In this document: positions 19,358 to 30,694 of the stretch, piece by piece
How the letters are laid out: each line of letters begins with the position of its first letter
Numbering within the stretch: position 1 is the first letter of the stretch
Position numbers and translations under genes: made by a program
Assembly: GCF_000829315.1 (NCBI RefSeq)
Contig: NZ_AP013028.1
Location: 510,001-542,000, forward strand
Direction: 5' to 3'
DNA length: 32,000 nt
Origin: Wolbachia endosymbiont of Cimex lectularius
GTDB lineage: Bacteria; Pseudomonadota; Alphaproteobacteria; Rickettsiales; Anaplasmataceae
Notes under the pieces: model-generated
Database searches by the model: none
Seen by the model: only the letters and a program-made list of their open reading frames with translations
What the model was told of the DNA's origin: nothing

Positions 19358-21316
19358 ATGACAAAGACAGTTGACGTATTACTACCACTTCCAATTGACC
19401 AGTTATTTTCATATGCAGTTGAAGAAAACACTGAAATTTCAATTGGGGATTATGTGGTAGTGCCGTTTGGTAAAAAGCGTTTAATTGGAATAGTTTGGAA
19501 ATATAGTGACAAGAGTGATCGAGAATTAAAATTTATCGAGCAAAAGATCAATCTACCAAGCGTTAGACCAAAATTGATCGCATTTGCAGAGTGGGTTGCG
19601 CAATACAATTTAATACCTATTGGTATGCTTGCAAAAGTGATAATGGGAGGAGTGTTAAAAGTAAAACAAATAGATAAACTGGTTTGTGTTGAAAAAGATC
19701 AGGAAATAAGTGAAATAAGTTGCCAATTAAGCCCTGAACAGCAGATAGCTAGTGATAGAATAACAAGCAATTTAAACGAATACTCAGTGACTTTACTTGA
19801 CGGTGAGACAGGGTCTGGGAAAACGGAAGTTTATCTCTCTGTGATTGCGAAGTTAGTTGACACTGTAAACGACGCTCAAGTTTTAATTCTCCTGCCCGAA
19901 ATTATTTTAACTTCACAATTGGTAAATCGTATTCGCAGTCAGATATCAAGAAACCTAGCTCAGTGGCACTCGGGGCTCACTCCAAAGACTCGCAGAAATA
20001 ACTGGCTTGATATAGCAAATGGAAATGTACAAATAATCATCGGGGCACGGTCAGCACTTTTTTTACCTTATAAAAACCTAAAATTGATTATCGTTGATGA
20101 AGAGCACGATTCATCTTTCAAGCAAGAACAGGGGATTATATACAATGCTCGAGATATGGCGATAATCTTAGCCAGAATTGAAAATATTCCAATAATTCTG
20201 TCGTCAGCAACTCCACTGCTCGAGACGATTCATCACGTTAAAAATGGGAATTACAATCACGTGAAGTTAACTAAGCGATTCGGTGGTGCGGAATTGCCAC
20301 TCATTAGAGTAGTGGACATGAGGAACAACAAACAATGGATTTCCGATGAGCTTTTCGAGTGCATAAAACAAACCATACAGAAGAAACAGCAGGTTATGCT
20401 TTTTCTAAACCGCAGAGGATATGCGCAACTTGCAGTTTGTAAAAAGTGTGGATACAAAATTTCCTGCCTAAATTGTGCCATTTGGCTTACATACCACAAG
20501 AAAAAGAACGCCCTCTTGTGCCATCATTGTTTTTATCAATTAAAACTCCCAGAAAAATGCTCTAATTGCCAAAGTGAGCAGTCATTATCCCTTTATGGTG
20601 TAGGAATTGAAAGGTTGCTTGAAGAAATGGTCAAACTAATACCAAACGCAAAAACTTCGATCATAAGTAGCGATCAGAAGTCGGTTAGCAACGTCATTGA
20701 CTTAGTGCTGAAAGAAGAGGTGAATATTATAATCGGCACACAAATAATTGCTAAAGGGCACAATTTTCCTAAATTGACCTTAGTTGGTGTGATAAATGCG
20801 GATTTGAGCCTCGAAAATTCTGATCTGAGGGCAGCAGAAAAGACATATCAGTTATTGCACCAAGTTGCAGGGAGATCTGGAAGGTTCAACGAAAAAGGGA
20901 CAGTAATAGTACAAACCAATAATCCTGAAAGTCCAATAATAAAAGCATTGCAGTATCAAAAGAGGGACGCATTTTATGAAATTGAGCTTAAGTCAAGATG
21001 CGAAGCAAAAATGCCGCCATTTAGCAGGCTGATAGCACTTATAATTTGTAGCAAGAATCAAATTGCAACACAAAAGGCAGCAAATGAAATAGCAAGATTC
21101 TTGCATAACCAATGTTTAAAAGAGTTCGAAATTCTTGGTCCATCGCTAGCAGCAATAAATTTTTTAAATAATAAGTATCGGTATAGGATATTACTAAAGA
21201 TACACAATAAACATAGTCTATCCATGCAGAGAAAGCTGAAATGCTGGATTAAAAGTTGTAACTTGAGTTCGAGCATTGCAGTAACAATAGATGTTGATCC
21301 TGTGAGTTTTTTTTAA
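19358..21316 (+). CDS. priA: Primosomal protein N' (replication restart helicase)
   Basis: 652 aa; LLDGETGSGKTEVY, DEEHDSSFKQE, paired-Cys zinc motif CKKCGYKISCLNC...CHHCFYQLKLPEKCSNC, GTQIIAKGHNFPKLTLVGV. Confidence 0.97.
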   Translation: MTKTVDVLLPLPIDQLFSYAVEENTEISIGDYVVVPFGKKRLIGIVWKYSDKSDRELKFIEQKINLPSVRPKLIAFAEWVAQYNLIPIGMLAKVIMGGVLKVKQIDKLVCVEKDQEISEISCQLSPEQQIASDRITSNLNEYSVTLLDGETGSGKTEVYLSVIAKLVDTVNDAQVLILLPEIILTSQLVNRIRSQISRNLAQWHSGLTPKTRRNNWLDIANGNVQIIIGARSALFLPYKNLKLIIVDEEHDSSFKQEQGIIYNARDMAIILARIENIPIILSSATPLLETIHHVKNGNYNHVKLTKRFGGAELPLIRVVDMRNNKQWISDELFECIKQTIQKKQQVMLFLNRRGYAQLAVCKKCGYKISCLNCAIWLTYHKKKNALLCHHCFYQLKLPEKCSNCQSEQSLSLYGVGIERLLEEMVKLIPNAKTSIISSDQKSVSNVIDLVLKEEVNIIIGTQIIAKGHNFPKLTLVGVINADLSLENSDLRAAEKTYQLLHQVAGRSGRFNEKGTVIVQTNNPESPIIKALQYQKRDAFYEIELKSRCEAKMPPFSRLIALIICSKNQIATQKAANEIARFLHNQCLKEFEILGPSLAAINFLNNKYRYRILLKIHNKHSLSMQRKLKCWIKSCNLSSSIAVTIDVDPVSFF

Positions 21317-21421
21317 CAGGTTTGTTGCAGAACGTTAATTTAAATTTGGATAACATTCATAGAAACTCTCACAAATTGTATTAACTTTTTAACTAAAAAC
21401 TTGACTTTCAGCAGAATTTGT

Positions 21422-21436
21422 TGTATTATTAATACA
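21422..21436. promoter_or_regulatory. Small perfect dyad TGTATTA-T-TAATACA upstream of an ankyrin/TM gene
   Basis: 15-bp palindrome, about 27 nt before the ATG and upstream of an AAGGAGG Shine-Dalgarno. Confidence 0.3.
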
Positions 21437-21463
21437 CAATATGATCAAAATAAGGAGGATCGT

Positions 21464-22210
21464 ATGATTGGTAATTTGAATTCAATAATCAAAGAAATAG
21501 AGAATGGTAAAAAGATTAGTCAAGGCACACTTGCACCTTTTTTAAAACAAGCAAAAGCTGAAAAAGAAATAGCAATGCACACAATTCTGCTTCATTTTGT
21601 GCAAAACCCTGGTGAGCAATCGCTAGAAGATGTGACAGAGCATTTGAACGCAGCAATACGGGGGATAATGCTCCAAAAAAATAGCCCAATAAAGAATCAA
21701 GATAAGGAACTTCGTACTCACATGAACTTTAAGGGGGAGGGAGGAAATACATTATTACATCAAGCTGTTATAAGTGACAACATTGAGGCAATAGAAACCC
21801 TTTTGAAATATGGTGCGAATCCTTTGATAAAGAACGAAAAAGGTAAAATTCCATTAGATTTAGCTCAAGGAAAAACAAGAGACGCGCTTGTTAACAGTAT
21901 GACAGACCTAGCTAACTCAAAGAAGTGGAGCGCTGTATGTAATAGTTCATTTGGTGTTATACCTGGCGTTTTTCTCGGTGTTGGACTGGGTATTGGTAGT
22001 GCTTTGGCAGGTCCTTCAATGGTTATCATATTGGGTGCAGCAGCAGTATTTACTCTCGTTGCTGGAATAGCGGTTGGGCTAGCTATATATTTCTTAAGTC
22101 AAGATCGTGAACAAGTTAAAGCGATAGAAAAGGCGATTAATTCTGAGCCATCTTCTGCGTTCACAAATGGTAAAGAAGCGCCTGTAACTGCGGATGGAAA
22201 AGGGCGATAA
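21464..22210 (+). CDS. Ankyrin-repeat membrane protein (track start 21401; ATG at 21464 preferred)
   Basis: TAAGGAGGATCGTATG gives a strong RBS; ankyrin unit GNTLLHQAVISDNIEAIETLLKYGANPLIKNEKGKIPLDLA; two hydrophobic segments GVIPGVFLGVGLGIGSALAG and MVIILGAAAVFTLVAGIAVGLAIYFL. Confidence 0.85.
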   Translation: MIGNLNSIIKEIENGKKISQGTLAPFLKQAKAEKEIAMHTILLHFVQNPGEQSLEDVTEHLNAAIRGIMLQKNSPIKNQDKELRTHMNFKGEGGNTLLHQAVISDNIEAIETLLKYGANPLIKNEKGKIPLDLAQGKTRDALVNSMTDLANSKKWSAVCNSSFGVIPGVFLGVGLGIGSALAGPSMVIILGAAAVFTLVAGIAVGLAIYFLSQDREQVKAIEKAINSEPSSAFTNGKEAPVTADGKGR

Positions 22211-22215
22211 CATGC

Positions 22216-23478
22216 CTAACAAAACCTGCTCTTGCGGTTCTTACCATACACTTGATGAATGCTTTTTATTATATTACTATGGGCAACCGTTTTTTCTTCA
22301 CCCAAATCCATATCTTTGACCTTTAAAGTTTTGCTGCTCAGTTCTTCATCACCAAAAATAAGTGCAACTTTAGCATCCGCTTGATTTGCTTTTTTCATTC
22401 GGGTTTTGAGAGTTCCGCTATACTCATAGATTACATATAAACCATTTCTGCGCAGCTCATTCGCAAGTGTTAGAGCATACTCTTCAGCCTCTTTGCCAAT
22501 AGGAATTAGATAAACAGATCTTTCTTCTTTCACGGAACAGTTGGCCAGTTCCATTATGCGCTCAATACCTCCTGCAAATCCTATTGCCGGAATATGCTTC
22601 CCACCTACTGAAGATACTAGATTATCATATCTTCCCCCTGCAAAAACTGCTCCTTGGCTACCTAAATCTTCTGTGACGAATTCAAACACTGTGTGGCAAT
22701 AATAGTCCAAACCTCGGACCAATTTATCGTTTACAGTATAAGGTATATCAAGAATTGTTAATCCATTTAGTATTTGCTCAAAGAAACTCAAGGACTCTTT
22801 TGTATAATAGTCACTGATTTTAGGTGCGCCAGAAATTATTTCTTTATCTGTCTTGTCCTTGGAGTCTAATATTCTGAGTGGGTTCTTAATCAATCGATTT
22901 TGGCTATCTTCTGATAGGTTGTTTTGAAACTTTTTAAAATATGATATCAAGGCTTCTCTATACTTACTTATTGTTTCACCATCGCCCAAAGAATTAATTT
23001 CCAGCCTTACATTTTTATCGATACCAAATTCAGTTAATAGGTGCTGAGCAAGTGTAATCAATTCAATATCGGCTTTTGGATCTTCTATGCCGAAAGCTTC
23101 AAAATTTATCTGATGAAATTGTCTTTGCCTCCCTTTTTGCGGTCTTTCATAGCGAAATGCAGGTCCTGTCGAGAATAATTTTACCGGTGTTTGCAGTTTT
23201 TTTTCAATCAAAAGCCTGACAACCGCTGCGGTGAACTCAGGACGTAAAGTTATGCTCTTGCCACCTTTGTCATTAAAGGTATACATCTCTTTATTGATGA
23301 TATCTGAGCTATCACCTAAAGTTTTCGTGAAGACTTCTGTATATTCAAATATTGGAGTTTCAGCAGGCAAAAAGCCATATAAACTTGAAATTTCACTCGC
23401 TGTTTGTTGAACATATTTAAACCTATACCATTCATCAAACAGAAGATCTTTTGTTCCTCTAACTGTTTGATTAGTCAT
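22216..23478 (-). CDS. hisS: Histidyl-tRNA synthetase (track start 23520; ATG at 23478 preferred)
   Basis: [20 protein letters not shown]...[16 protein letters not shown]...[23 protein letters not shown]...[12 protein letters not shown]. Confidence 0.95.
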   Translation of the reverse strand: MTNQTVRGTKDLLFDEWYRFKYVQQTASEISSLYGFLPAETPIFEYTEVFTKTLGDSSDIINKEMYTFNDKGGKSITLRPEFTAAVVRLLIEKKLQTPVKLFSTGPAFRYERPQKGRQRQFHQINFEAFGIEDPKADIELITLAQHLLTEFGIDKNVRLEINSLGDGETISKYREALISYFKKFQNNLSEDSQNRLIKNPLRILDSKDKTDKEIISGAPKISDYYTKESLSFFEQILNGLTILDIPYTVNDKLVRGLDYYCHTVFEFVTEDLGSQGAVFAGGRYDNLVSSVGGKHIPAIGFAGGIERIMELANCSVKEERSVYLIPIGKEAEEYALTLANELRRNGLYVIYEYSGTLKTRMKKANQADAKVALIFGDEELSSKTLKVKDMDLGEEKTVAHSNIIKSIHQVYGKNRKSRFC

Positions 23479-24059
23479 AGTATAGTCTCTATACCCGAAA
23501 CTTCTGGTATGTGATAGCACAGCATATTTTGCACTCCTTGCTTAAGAGTAATTGCAGCACTTGGACATCCAGAACAAGCTCCTTGCAGTTCAACGTAAAC
23601 TATTCCGTCTTTATAGCCACGAAATTTGATATCACCACCATCTTGAGCAACTGCAGGTTTAATATAGCTTTCCATCAACTCTTTTATCCTGTTTACAATT
23701 TCTATATCATTTTCATCAAAAAATTCTTCTTCTAATATATTATTATCATTCACCTCTTCCTTATCAAGTGCTTTTCCACCAGAAGTAAAGTGATCCATAA
23801 TCGTAGTTAAAATTTCCACTTTTAATATGTCCCAATTAATACCATCTAGTTTTGTAACTGAAATAAAATCATGACCAAAAAATACTCTCATCACATGTTC
23901 TATTTGAAAGAGGTTTGCTGCTAGTTTAGAGTTTTTTATTTCATCCGCACTTGAAAAATCAGCCGTTTCTTCTTCATTTAAAATTGCAAACCCAGGAAGA
24001 AATTTTAGCGTGTTTGGGTTTGGTGTTTCTTCAATTTGAATGAACATGTTGTTTACCAT
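23475..24059 (-). CDS. Nfu/NifU-domain iron-sulfur scaffold protein
   Basis: 194 aa; [19 protein letters not shown] Nfu N-terminal domain and [35 protein letters not shown] with CxxC; ATGA overlap with the hisS start. Confidence 0.92.
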   Translation of the reverse strand: MVNNMFIQIEETPNPNTLKFLPGFAILNEEETADFSSADEIKNSKLAANLFQIEHVMRVFFGHDFISVTKLDGINWDILKVEILTTIMDHFTSGGKALDKEEVNDNNILEEEFFDENDIEIVNRIKELMESYIKPAVAQDGGDIKFRGYKDGIVYVELQGACSGCPSAAITLKQGVQNMLCYHIPEVSGIETIL

Positions 24060-24108
24060 GACGACTATAATTGTTACTATTTAATCACAAAATGATAAAA
24101 AAATATAC

Positions 24109-24468
24109 ATGTCATTCATCTTTTTTCTTTTTTTGATATTCATAGTAATTACTTTTGTCTTGCCCAGCGTTGTTGTATTTTTTCTCTTCTTAACAAAAAG
24201 AAATAACATAGGTTTCATGATGAATTCTATATTGAGTAGATTTTTGAATGAATTTAATGGCAATAGAAGTTATACTAAAAATGAAGCCGGTGATAATATG
24301 TCCACAGATGAGGCACTAAAAATATTGGGGCTAAATCCTGAAGCAAGCAAAAATGAAATCAATAAAGCATATCAAAATTTAATGAAGTTAGTTCACCCAG
24401 ATAAAGGAGGCTCAGAATATTTTGCACAAAAGTTAAATGCAGCACGTGATAGATTGCTGAGGAGATAA
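24109..24468 (+). CDS. Membrane-anchored J-domain protein (TIM14/Pam18-like)
   Basis: N-terminal hydrophobic segment then MSTDEALKILGLNPEASKNEINKAYQNLMKLVHPDKGGSEYFAQKLNAARDRLL with HPD motif. Confidence 0.8.
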   Translation: MSFIFFLFLIFIVITFVLPSVVVFFLFLTKRNNIGFMMNSILSRFLNEFNGNRSYTKNEAGDNMSTDEALKILGLNPEASKNEINKAYQNLMKLVHPDKGGSEYFAQKLNAARDRLLRR

Positions 24469-24496
24469 TAAATCTCTTGCATAACCTAAGCTAAGC

Positions 24497-24757
24497 AGAA
24501 AAACAGGCAAAGAAACCCCGAGGTAGCTAGTTATTCCACTCTCTATTTTAAAATCCGGCGTTGGGTGATGTCTTAAACGACTTATAAGCGCGTTTCAGCT
24601 TGTATGGGTAAAAACCCGAAGTTTTAAAAAGACATGCAGTGCACATAGTACGCCAAATACAAGTTTTCTTGTCATTTTAACCTGTACAGATTGGGAAGTT
24701 AAACAAATAGCTTTAGTATCATTATAAAGGTAACGGCGAAGGTTGTCAAGTAGTTTT
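24497..24757 (-). repeat. Dispersed repeat copy B (longer form), inverted relative to copy A
   Basis: Reverse complement matches 9471-9685 with 43 extra bp (ACAGGTTAAAATGACAAGAAAACTTGTATTTGGCGTACTATGT). Confidence 0.9.
24721..24749 (-). promoter_or_regulatory. Consensus sigma70 promoter TTGACA-N17-TATAAT in repeat copy B
   Basis: Reverse complement: TTGACA at 24749-24744, 17 nt, TATAAT at 24726-24721. Confidence 0.65.
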
Positions 24758-24810
24758 TTTGTTTCTATTGGGTAGCTTTTTTCTACTGTCGTCTTGTGTC
24801 TTGTCAAAAG

Positions 24811-24834
24811 CATCTAATGTTAGGGCATTAGATG
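24811..24834. other. Perfect 9-bp stem-loop
   Basis: CATCTAATG-TTAGGG-CATTAGATG. Confidence 0.6.
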
Positions 24835-24948
24835 GAGAAGGAAAGAACTCTGTAAACGCTCCTTTTGCCCACAGTTGGCCGGTTTGAGTGAATTTGTGAT
24901 ATATTTTATTTGCCTTTCCAATAACGAAAATTAGTATTACTTCAAAGT

Positions 24949-26199
24949 TTAACCCACTACAACTTTTATATGGCGTTTCTTTCCTGCGGATAGCTTCATG
25001 AATGGCTGGCCTTTAAAGCTCTCGAAATTTATTATATAATTAACATCATTTATAGTATTATCATTAACTTTACATCCATTGCCCTGTATTAAACGCTTTG
25101 CAGCACCTTTTGAAGGTTCAAGACTGGTGTTGTGTAGCAGATCTACTAAGGGTATGCCATTTGCAACTTGTTCTTTTGTTATGATATAATCAGGAAGTAA
25201 TGAACTATCTTCATTCTCAAAAGCTAAAACTGCAGCAGATCGTGCAATTTCTGCTTCTTTTTCACCATGACATATTTTTGTTACTTCTGTTGCCAAAACT
25301 TTTTTCGCTTCATTTATTTCTTGATCCTTTAGAGACTCTAGTTTTTTAATCTCATCAATCGGCAAATCAGTAAAAAGCCTCAAAAAATGCCCAACATCTT
25401 GATCATCAACATTGCGAAAATATTGCCAGTAGTCATAGGGCTTTAGCATACTGCCATCGAGCCATATAGCTCCATTTTCAGTTTTACCCATCTTTTTTCC
25501 TTGTGCATTTAATAAAAGAGGAGCGGTTAGGCCAAACAACTCAGGTAGATTCAACCTTTTGCCAAGTTCAATTCCGTTTACTATATTTCCCCATTGGTCT
25601 GATCCTCCAATCTGCAGACAACAGCCATACTTTTTATTCAATTCAACGAAATCATAAGCTTGCAACAACATGTAATTAAACTCAAGAAAGCTTAGGTTTT
25701 GTTCTCTATCGAGCCTAATTTTTACACTGTCGAGACTTAGCATACGGTTCACAGAAAAATGCACTCCTACGTTGCGTAAAAAATCTATATATTTTATACT
25801 ATCTAGCCAATCTGCGTTATTTACTACGATTGCACCAGTCTTTCCATCGTTGAAAGATATCATTTTCTCGAGTGTTTTTTTTATGCCGGATATGTTTTGG
25901 TTGATATCTTTTATAGGCAAGACACTCCTTGCTTTGTCTTTGCCGGATGGATCGCCAATCTTGGTTGTACCGCCTCCAAGTAAGACTATTGGCTTGTAAT
26001 CAAATTTTTGTAGGTGACGGAGCATCATAATCTGAATTAGATGACCAGCATGAAGGCTTGGTGCTGTGCAATCAAACCCGATATATGCAATTATATGATT
26101 ATTTTGCGATAATAGTCGATCTAACCCCTCAGCGTCTGTACACTGATATAGATACCCTCTTTCTTGGATAAAATTTAAAAATTCGGACTTATGTTTCAT
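24949..26199 (-). CDS. tyrS: Tyrosyl-tRNA synthetase
   Basis: 416 aa; IAYIGFDCTAPSLHAGHLIQIMMLRHLQ, GGSDQWGNIVNGIEL, GKKMGKTENGAIWL. Confidence 0.96.
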   Translation of the reverse strand: MKHKSEFLNFIQERGYLYQCTDAEGLDRLLSQNNHIIAYIGFDCTAPSLHAGHLIQIMMLRHLQKFDYKPIVLLGGGTTKIGDPSGKDKARSVLPIKDINQNISGIKKTLEKMISFNDGKTGAIVVNNADWLDSIKYIDFLRNVGVHFSVNRMLSLDSVKIRLDREQNLSFLEFNYMLLQAYDFVELNKKYGCCLQIGGSDQWGNIVNGIELGKRLNLPELFGLTAPLLLNAQGKKMGKTENGAIWLDGSMLKPYDYWQYFRNVDDQDVGHFLRLFTDLPIDEIKKLESLKDQEINEAKKVLATEVTKICHGEKEAEIARSAAVLAFENEDSSLLPDYIITKEQVANGIPLVDLLHNTSLEPSKGAAKRLIQGNGCKVNDNTINDVNYIINFESFKGQPFMKLSAGKKRHIKVVVG

Positions 26200-26257
26200 G
26201 GTTTGCTTTCGTCAATTAAAGTGATTTTAATCTATGAGTCTTACAAATGAAAGAAAG

Positions 26258-26587
26258 TTAATTCCATAGTTCTTCTATTTTATAATACTCCCTTACTTCC
26301 GGTCTGAATATGTGAACCATTATGCCTTGAAAATTCACAATTACCCAATTGCCTTCATCCATACCTTCTACGTCTGCTTTGTCATGTGGCTTGAGACTTT
26401 TTATTACATGCTCAGCTAATGCTTTCACGTGGCGGCTCGAATCACCGGATGCAATAATCATGTATTTTGCAATAATGGTTTTATTCTGCACATCAAAAGT
26501 GACTATATCATGACCTTTGTTTTGATCTATGATACTTACAATCATGTTTTTTATTAATTCTGTATCGCCAGATACACCAGCCATCAT
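26258..26587 (-). CDS. rsfS: Ribosomal silencing factor RsfS (Iojap family)
   Basis: 109 aa; KYMIIASGDSSRHVKALAEHV...EGNWVIVNFQGIMVHIFRPEVREYYKIEELW. Confidence 0.9.
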   Translation of the reverse strand: MMAGVSGDTELIKNMIVSIIDQNKGHDIVTFDVQNKTIIAKYMIIASGDSSRHVKALAEHVIKSLKPHDKADVEGMDEGNWVIVNFQGIMVHIFRPEVREYYKIEELWN

Positions 26588-26752
26588 TTTAAATTATATA
26601 ATTTGTTTATAATGATATACTCAAAAATTCCAAACATGAACTATTTTTGATATTACTAAGACCAAATTGTTCATGCTTTTGATGCAACAGTATATACAAT
26701 ACATATCCTTTTATATATAACTTAAGGATGGTTTTCTAATAGTGTATTTATT

Positions 26753-27358
26753 ATGAGCAAAACTTTTATTTACTTAATCGGCTTTCCAGGTAGTGGTAAG
26801 TTTACTATTGCACGAAAACTGAGTGAGATTATTAATGTAGTGATAGTAAGTAATAATCTATTCAACAATGTCATATTTAACGTGGTTAAATTACCAAATG
26901 CTGAAGTTTCCGATGACCTATGGGAAAAAATTTTTGCGGTTAGAGAAAATATGCTAGCGGTATTGGGAAAACATCATATAAAATCAAAGCATTATATATT
27001 TACAAATGAGTTGATAGATGGTGATTCTTACGACCAAAGAGTATACAGCTCAATGGTGAATTTAGGTGAAAAAATGGGTGTAGAAATTCTTCCTGTAGTA
27101 TTGCATTGCAATAATGAAGAGCTAATAAAGCGTGTTGAATCAAAAGAGAGGTATCAGGAAGGTAAAATTACTGATTCAGATTTTGCTATAAAAAGGACTA
27201 GAGAAAAAAGGCTGTTTGTACCTGAAGGTTCGCTTGAAATTGACAATTCGAACTTGAGTGCAAAGGAAGTTGCAGAAAGAATTGTTAAAAGGATGAATAA
27301 TGGAGAAAAATTAGTTAAAACTTCTGTAAATAATTTAATAAAGCGTACTCGTGGTTGA
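26753..27358 (+). CDS. P-loop NTPase, kinase-like
   Basis: 201 aa; Walker A GFPGSGKFT near the N terminus, nucleotide-kinase-like fold. Confidence 0.65.
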   Translation: MSKTFIYLIGFPGSGKFTIARKLSEIINVVIVSNNLFNNVIFNVVKLPNAEVSDDLWEKIFAVRENMLAVLGKHHIKSKHYIFTNELIDGDSYDQRVYSSMVNLGEKMGVEILPVVLHCNNEELIKRVESKERYQEGKITDSDFAIKRTREKRLFVPEGSLEIDNSNLSAKEVAERIVKRMNNGEKLVKTSVNNLIKRTRG

Positions 27359-27845
27359 ACAGAAAGATAAGTATCGTCCCTGTGTTGGCATAATGCTATT
27401 TAATAAACAAGGGCACGTTTTTGTTGGAAAACGCTTTGATAGTGACTTTTGCTGGCAAATGCCGCAAGGAGGGGTTGATGATGGTGAAGAGCTGGAGCAG
27501 GCAGCGTTACGTGAGTTGCTAGAGGAAGTTGGCACTGATAAAGCAGAGATTGTAGCTAAAAATAAGGATTGGATATACTATAACTTGCCTGAGGAATTTA
27601 TACCAACTTGTTGGAATAGGAAATATTCTGGCCAAAAGCAGAGATGGTTCTTAATGAGGTTTTATGGGAAGAATCAGGACATTAATATTAACTATACTGA
27701 TCATCCAGAGTTCAAAGAATGGCGTTGGCAAAATATAGATGGTTTGGTAGCAAATGCTATATCCTTTAAAAAGAAAGTTTATAAAACAGTGATAGAAGAG
27801 TTTTCTTCTCAAATAAAAGCCTCTATTATTGAGCGAAAATTATAA
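27351..27845 (+). CDS. rppH: RNA pyrophosphohydrolase (Nudix)
   Basis: 164 aa; YRPCVGIMLFNKQGHVFVGKR...WQMPQGGVDDGEELEQAALRELLEEVG. Confidence 0.93.
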   Translation: MVEQKDKYRPCVGIMLFNKQGHVFVGKRFDSDFCWQMPQGGVDDGEELEQAALRELLEEVGTDKAEIVAKNKDWIYYNLPEEFIPTCWNRKYSGQKQRWFLMRFYGKNQDININYTDHPEFKEWRWQNIDGLVANAISFKKKVYKTVIEEFSSQIKASIIERKL

Positions 27846-27852
27846 TAAGTTC

Positions 27853-28629
27853 ATGATAGTAGATTCTCATTGCCATTTGATTTATTTTTCTGATGATGAA
27901 ATACCAAAAGTAATTTCGAGGGCAGAGCAAAATGGTATAAAAGTTTTACATAATGTATGCACAAGCATTGATGATGTTTCTAAATTGTTAAAAATTTCTT
28001 CATCCTATGATCACGTTTACTCCTCTGTTGGTGTGCATCCACTTGATGCTACTGTAGAAAGCGGCGAATGTATACGTGTTGATGAATTAGTTGAACTTAC
28101 CAAGAATCAAAAGGTAATTAGTATCGGTGAAACCGGATTAGATTTTTATAAATCCAATAATAGAAGCAATCAGAAAAAAAGTTTTGCATTGCACATAGAA
28201 GCAGCAAGGATAACTGGGTTGCCTTTAGTCATTCACACTAGAAATGCTGATGATGAAATGATTGATGTGTTAAAGTCAGAAATGAAGAATGGCACTTTTA
28301 GCGGAGTAATGCACTGTTTTGCTTCTTCGAAAGAGCTTGCTTATCAAGCTATGGATTTGGGATTGTATATTTCATTTTCTGGAATTATTACTTTTAAAAA
28401 TGCTAGCTTACTGAGAGGAATTGCGCAAGATGTGCTACGTGAGCGTGTTTTAGTTGAAACTGATGCACCGTATCTATCACCTGAACCTTACAGAGGGAAA
28501 AAAAACGAGCCGGCAATGGTAAAATGTGTTGTGGATTGCCTGGCGAAATTATGGGATGAATCACCCGATAAAGTAGCAGAGGTAACCACAAGCAACTTTT
28601 TTAGGCTGTTTGCGAAACTCAAGTTATAA
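27853..28629 (+). CDS. tatD: TatD-family metal-dependent DNase (track start 27829)
   Basis: MIVDSHCHLIYF, SVGVHPLDA, IGETGLDFY, VIHTRNADDEMIDVL, GVMHCFASS, VETDAPYLSPEPYRGKKNEPAMV. Confidence 0.93.
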   Translation: MIVDSHCHLIYFSDDEIPKVISRAEQNGIKVLHNVCTSIDDVSKLLKISSSYDHVYSSVGVHPLDATVESGECIRVDELVELTKNQKVISIGETGLDFYKSNNRSNQKKSFALHIEAARITGLPLVIHTRNADDEMIDVLKSEMKNGTFSGVMHCFASSKELAYQAMDLGLYISFSGIITFKNASLLRGIAQDVLRERVLVETDAPYLSPEPYRGKKNEPAMVKCVVDCLAKLWDESPDKVAEVTTSNFFRLFAKLKL

Positions 28630-28655
28630 AGAAATCCTATAAAATATTAATTTAC

Positions 28656-29609
<954 letters not shown>

Positions 29610-30182
29610 CTACTCCTTTATATTTACTTTTGTAGCTTTACCTTCCCAAGGGGATAAACTATCAAACATCCGAAAATCCTGCGGCAAATCTATAGGATTG
29701 TACACAACTTTTTTTGCTTCTATATCATACCTAACTTCCTCATAGCCAGTGAGAGGAAAATCTTTCAACATTGGATAGCCTTTGAATCCATAATCCGTTA
29801 GGATCCTACGCAAATCGGGGTGATCAGAGAATTCTATTCCATACATATCGAACACCTCGCGCTCAAACCATGAAGCTGTGCTGAATATATTCGCTACACT
29901 TGGAGGCATATCACTTTCGTATAACTGAAGCTTTATATGTACCCTGATGTTATGTACAATGCTGAGCAAGTTATAAACGAGCTCAAAACGTTTTTCTCTA
30001 TCTGGATAATCAACTCCAAAAATATCAACTAATAGTTCAAACCTGCATTTCTCATCATCACGTAGAAAGAGTAAGTGATTTTCAATATCATCTAAAGCTG
30101 AATACATTACAATAGTACCATCACCTTGCTGAATGCACTTACATTTAGTCTTTTTTTGTATATGTTTTACAGTTTTATCCAT
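29610..30182 (-). CDS. nuoC: NADH-quinone oxidoreductase subunit C
   Basis: 190 aa; [27 protein letters not shown]...[42 protein letters not shown]. Confidence 0.96.
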   Translation of the reverse strand: MDKTVKHIQKKTKCKCIQQGDGTIVMYSALDDIENHLLFLRDDEKCRFELLVDIFGVDYPDREKRFELVYNLLSIVHNIRVHIKLQLYESDMPPSVANIFSTASWFEREVFDMYGIEFSDHPDLRRILTDYGFKGYPMLKDFPLTGYEEVRYDIEAKKVVYNPIDLPQDFRMFDSLSPWEGKATKVNIKE

Positions 30183-30690
30183 GTTGTATATTCTGAGTTC
30201 GTTTTATTTTATTTTGTAAGCATAGCATTCCATATAACAACGCCTCAGCGGTTGGTGGGCATCCAGGAACATACACATCAACTGGTACAATTCTATCACA
30301 ACCACGGACTACTGAGTAGGAGTAATGATAATAACCACCACCATTTGCGCAACTGCCCATGGATACAACATACTTCGGATCTGCCATTTGGTCGTAAACC
30401 TTACGCAACGCCGCTGCCATTTTGTTAGTTAGTGTACCGGCAACAATCATAACGTCCGCTTGCCTTGGACTTGCACGAAACATTATACCATATCTATCAA
30501 GATCGTAACGACTGGATGCAGTGTGCATCATCTCCACTGCACAACATGCAAGACCAAATGTCATTGGCCACAATGAACCAGATCTTGCCCAATTCATTAT
30601 ATAATCTATTAAATCACCAAATTTAGTGACAAGAAACCCTTCTTTCTTATAACGACCCCAATCATCATTAGATAGAATTTGACCCGTCAT
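30175..30690 (-). CDS. nuoB: NADH-quinone oxidoreductase subunit B
   Basis: 171 aa; [32 protein letters not shown]...[47 protein letters not shown]. Confidence 0.97.
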   Translation of the reverse strand: MTGQILSNDDWGRYKKEGFLVTKFGDLIDYIMNWARSGSLWPMTFGLACCAVEMMHTASSRYDLDRYGIMFRASPRQADVMIVAGTLTNKMAAALRKVYDQMADPKYVVSMGSCANGGGYYHYSYSVVRGCDRIVPVDVYVPGCPPTAEALLYGMLCLQNKIKRTQNIQHG

Positions 30691-30694
30691 AAAC

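Noticed and set aside
24595-24813. 72-aa minus-strand ORF as a protein gene
   Set aside because: Its first part lies upstream of and across the consensus promoter; only the last 26 residues could be translated from the predicted transcript. Treated as a repeat with an optional micro-ORF.
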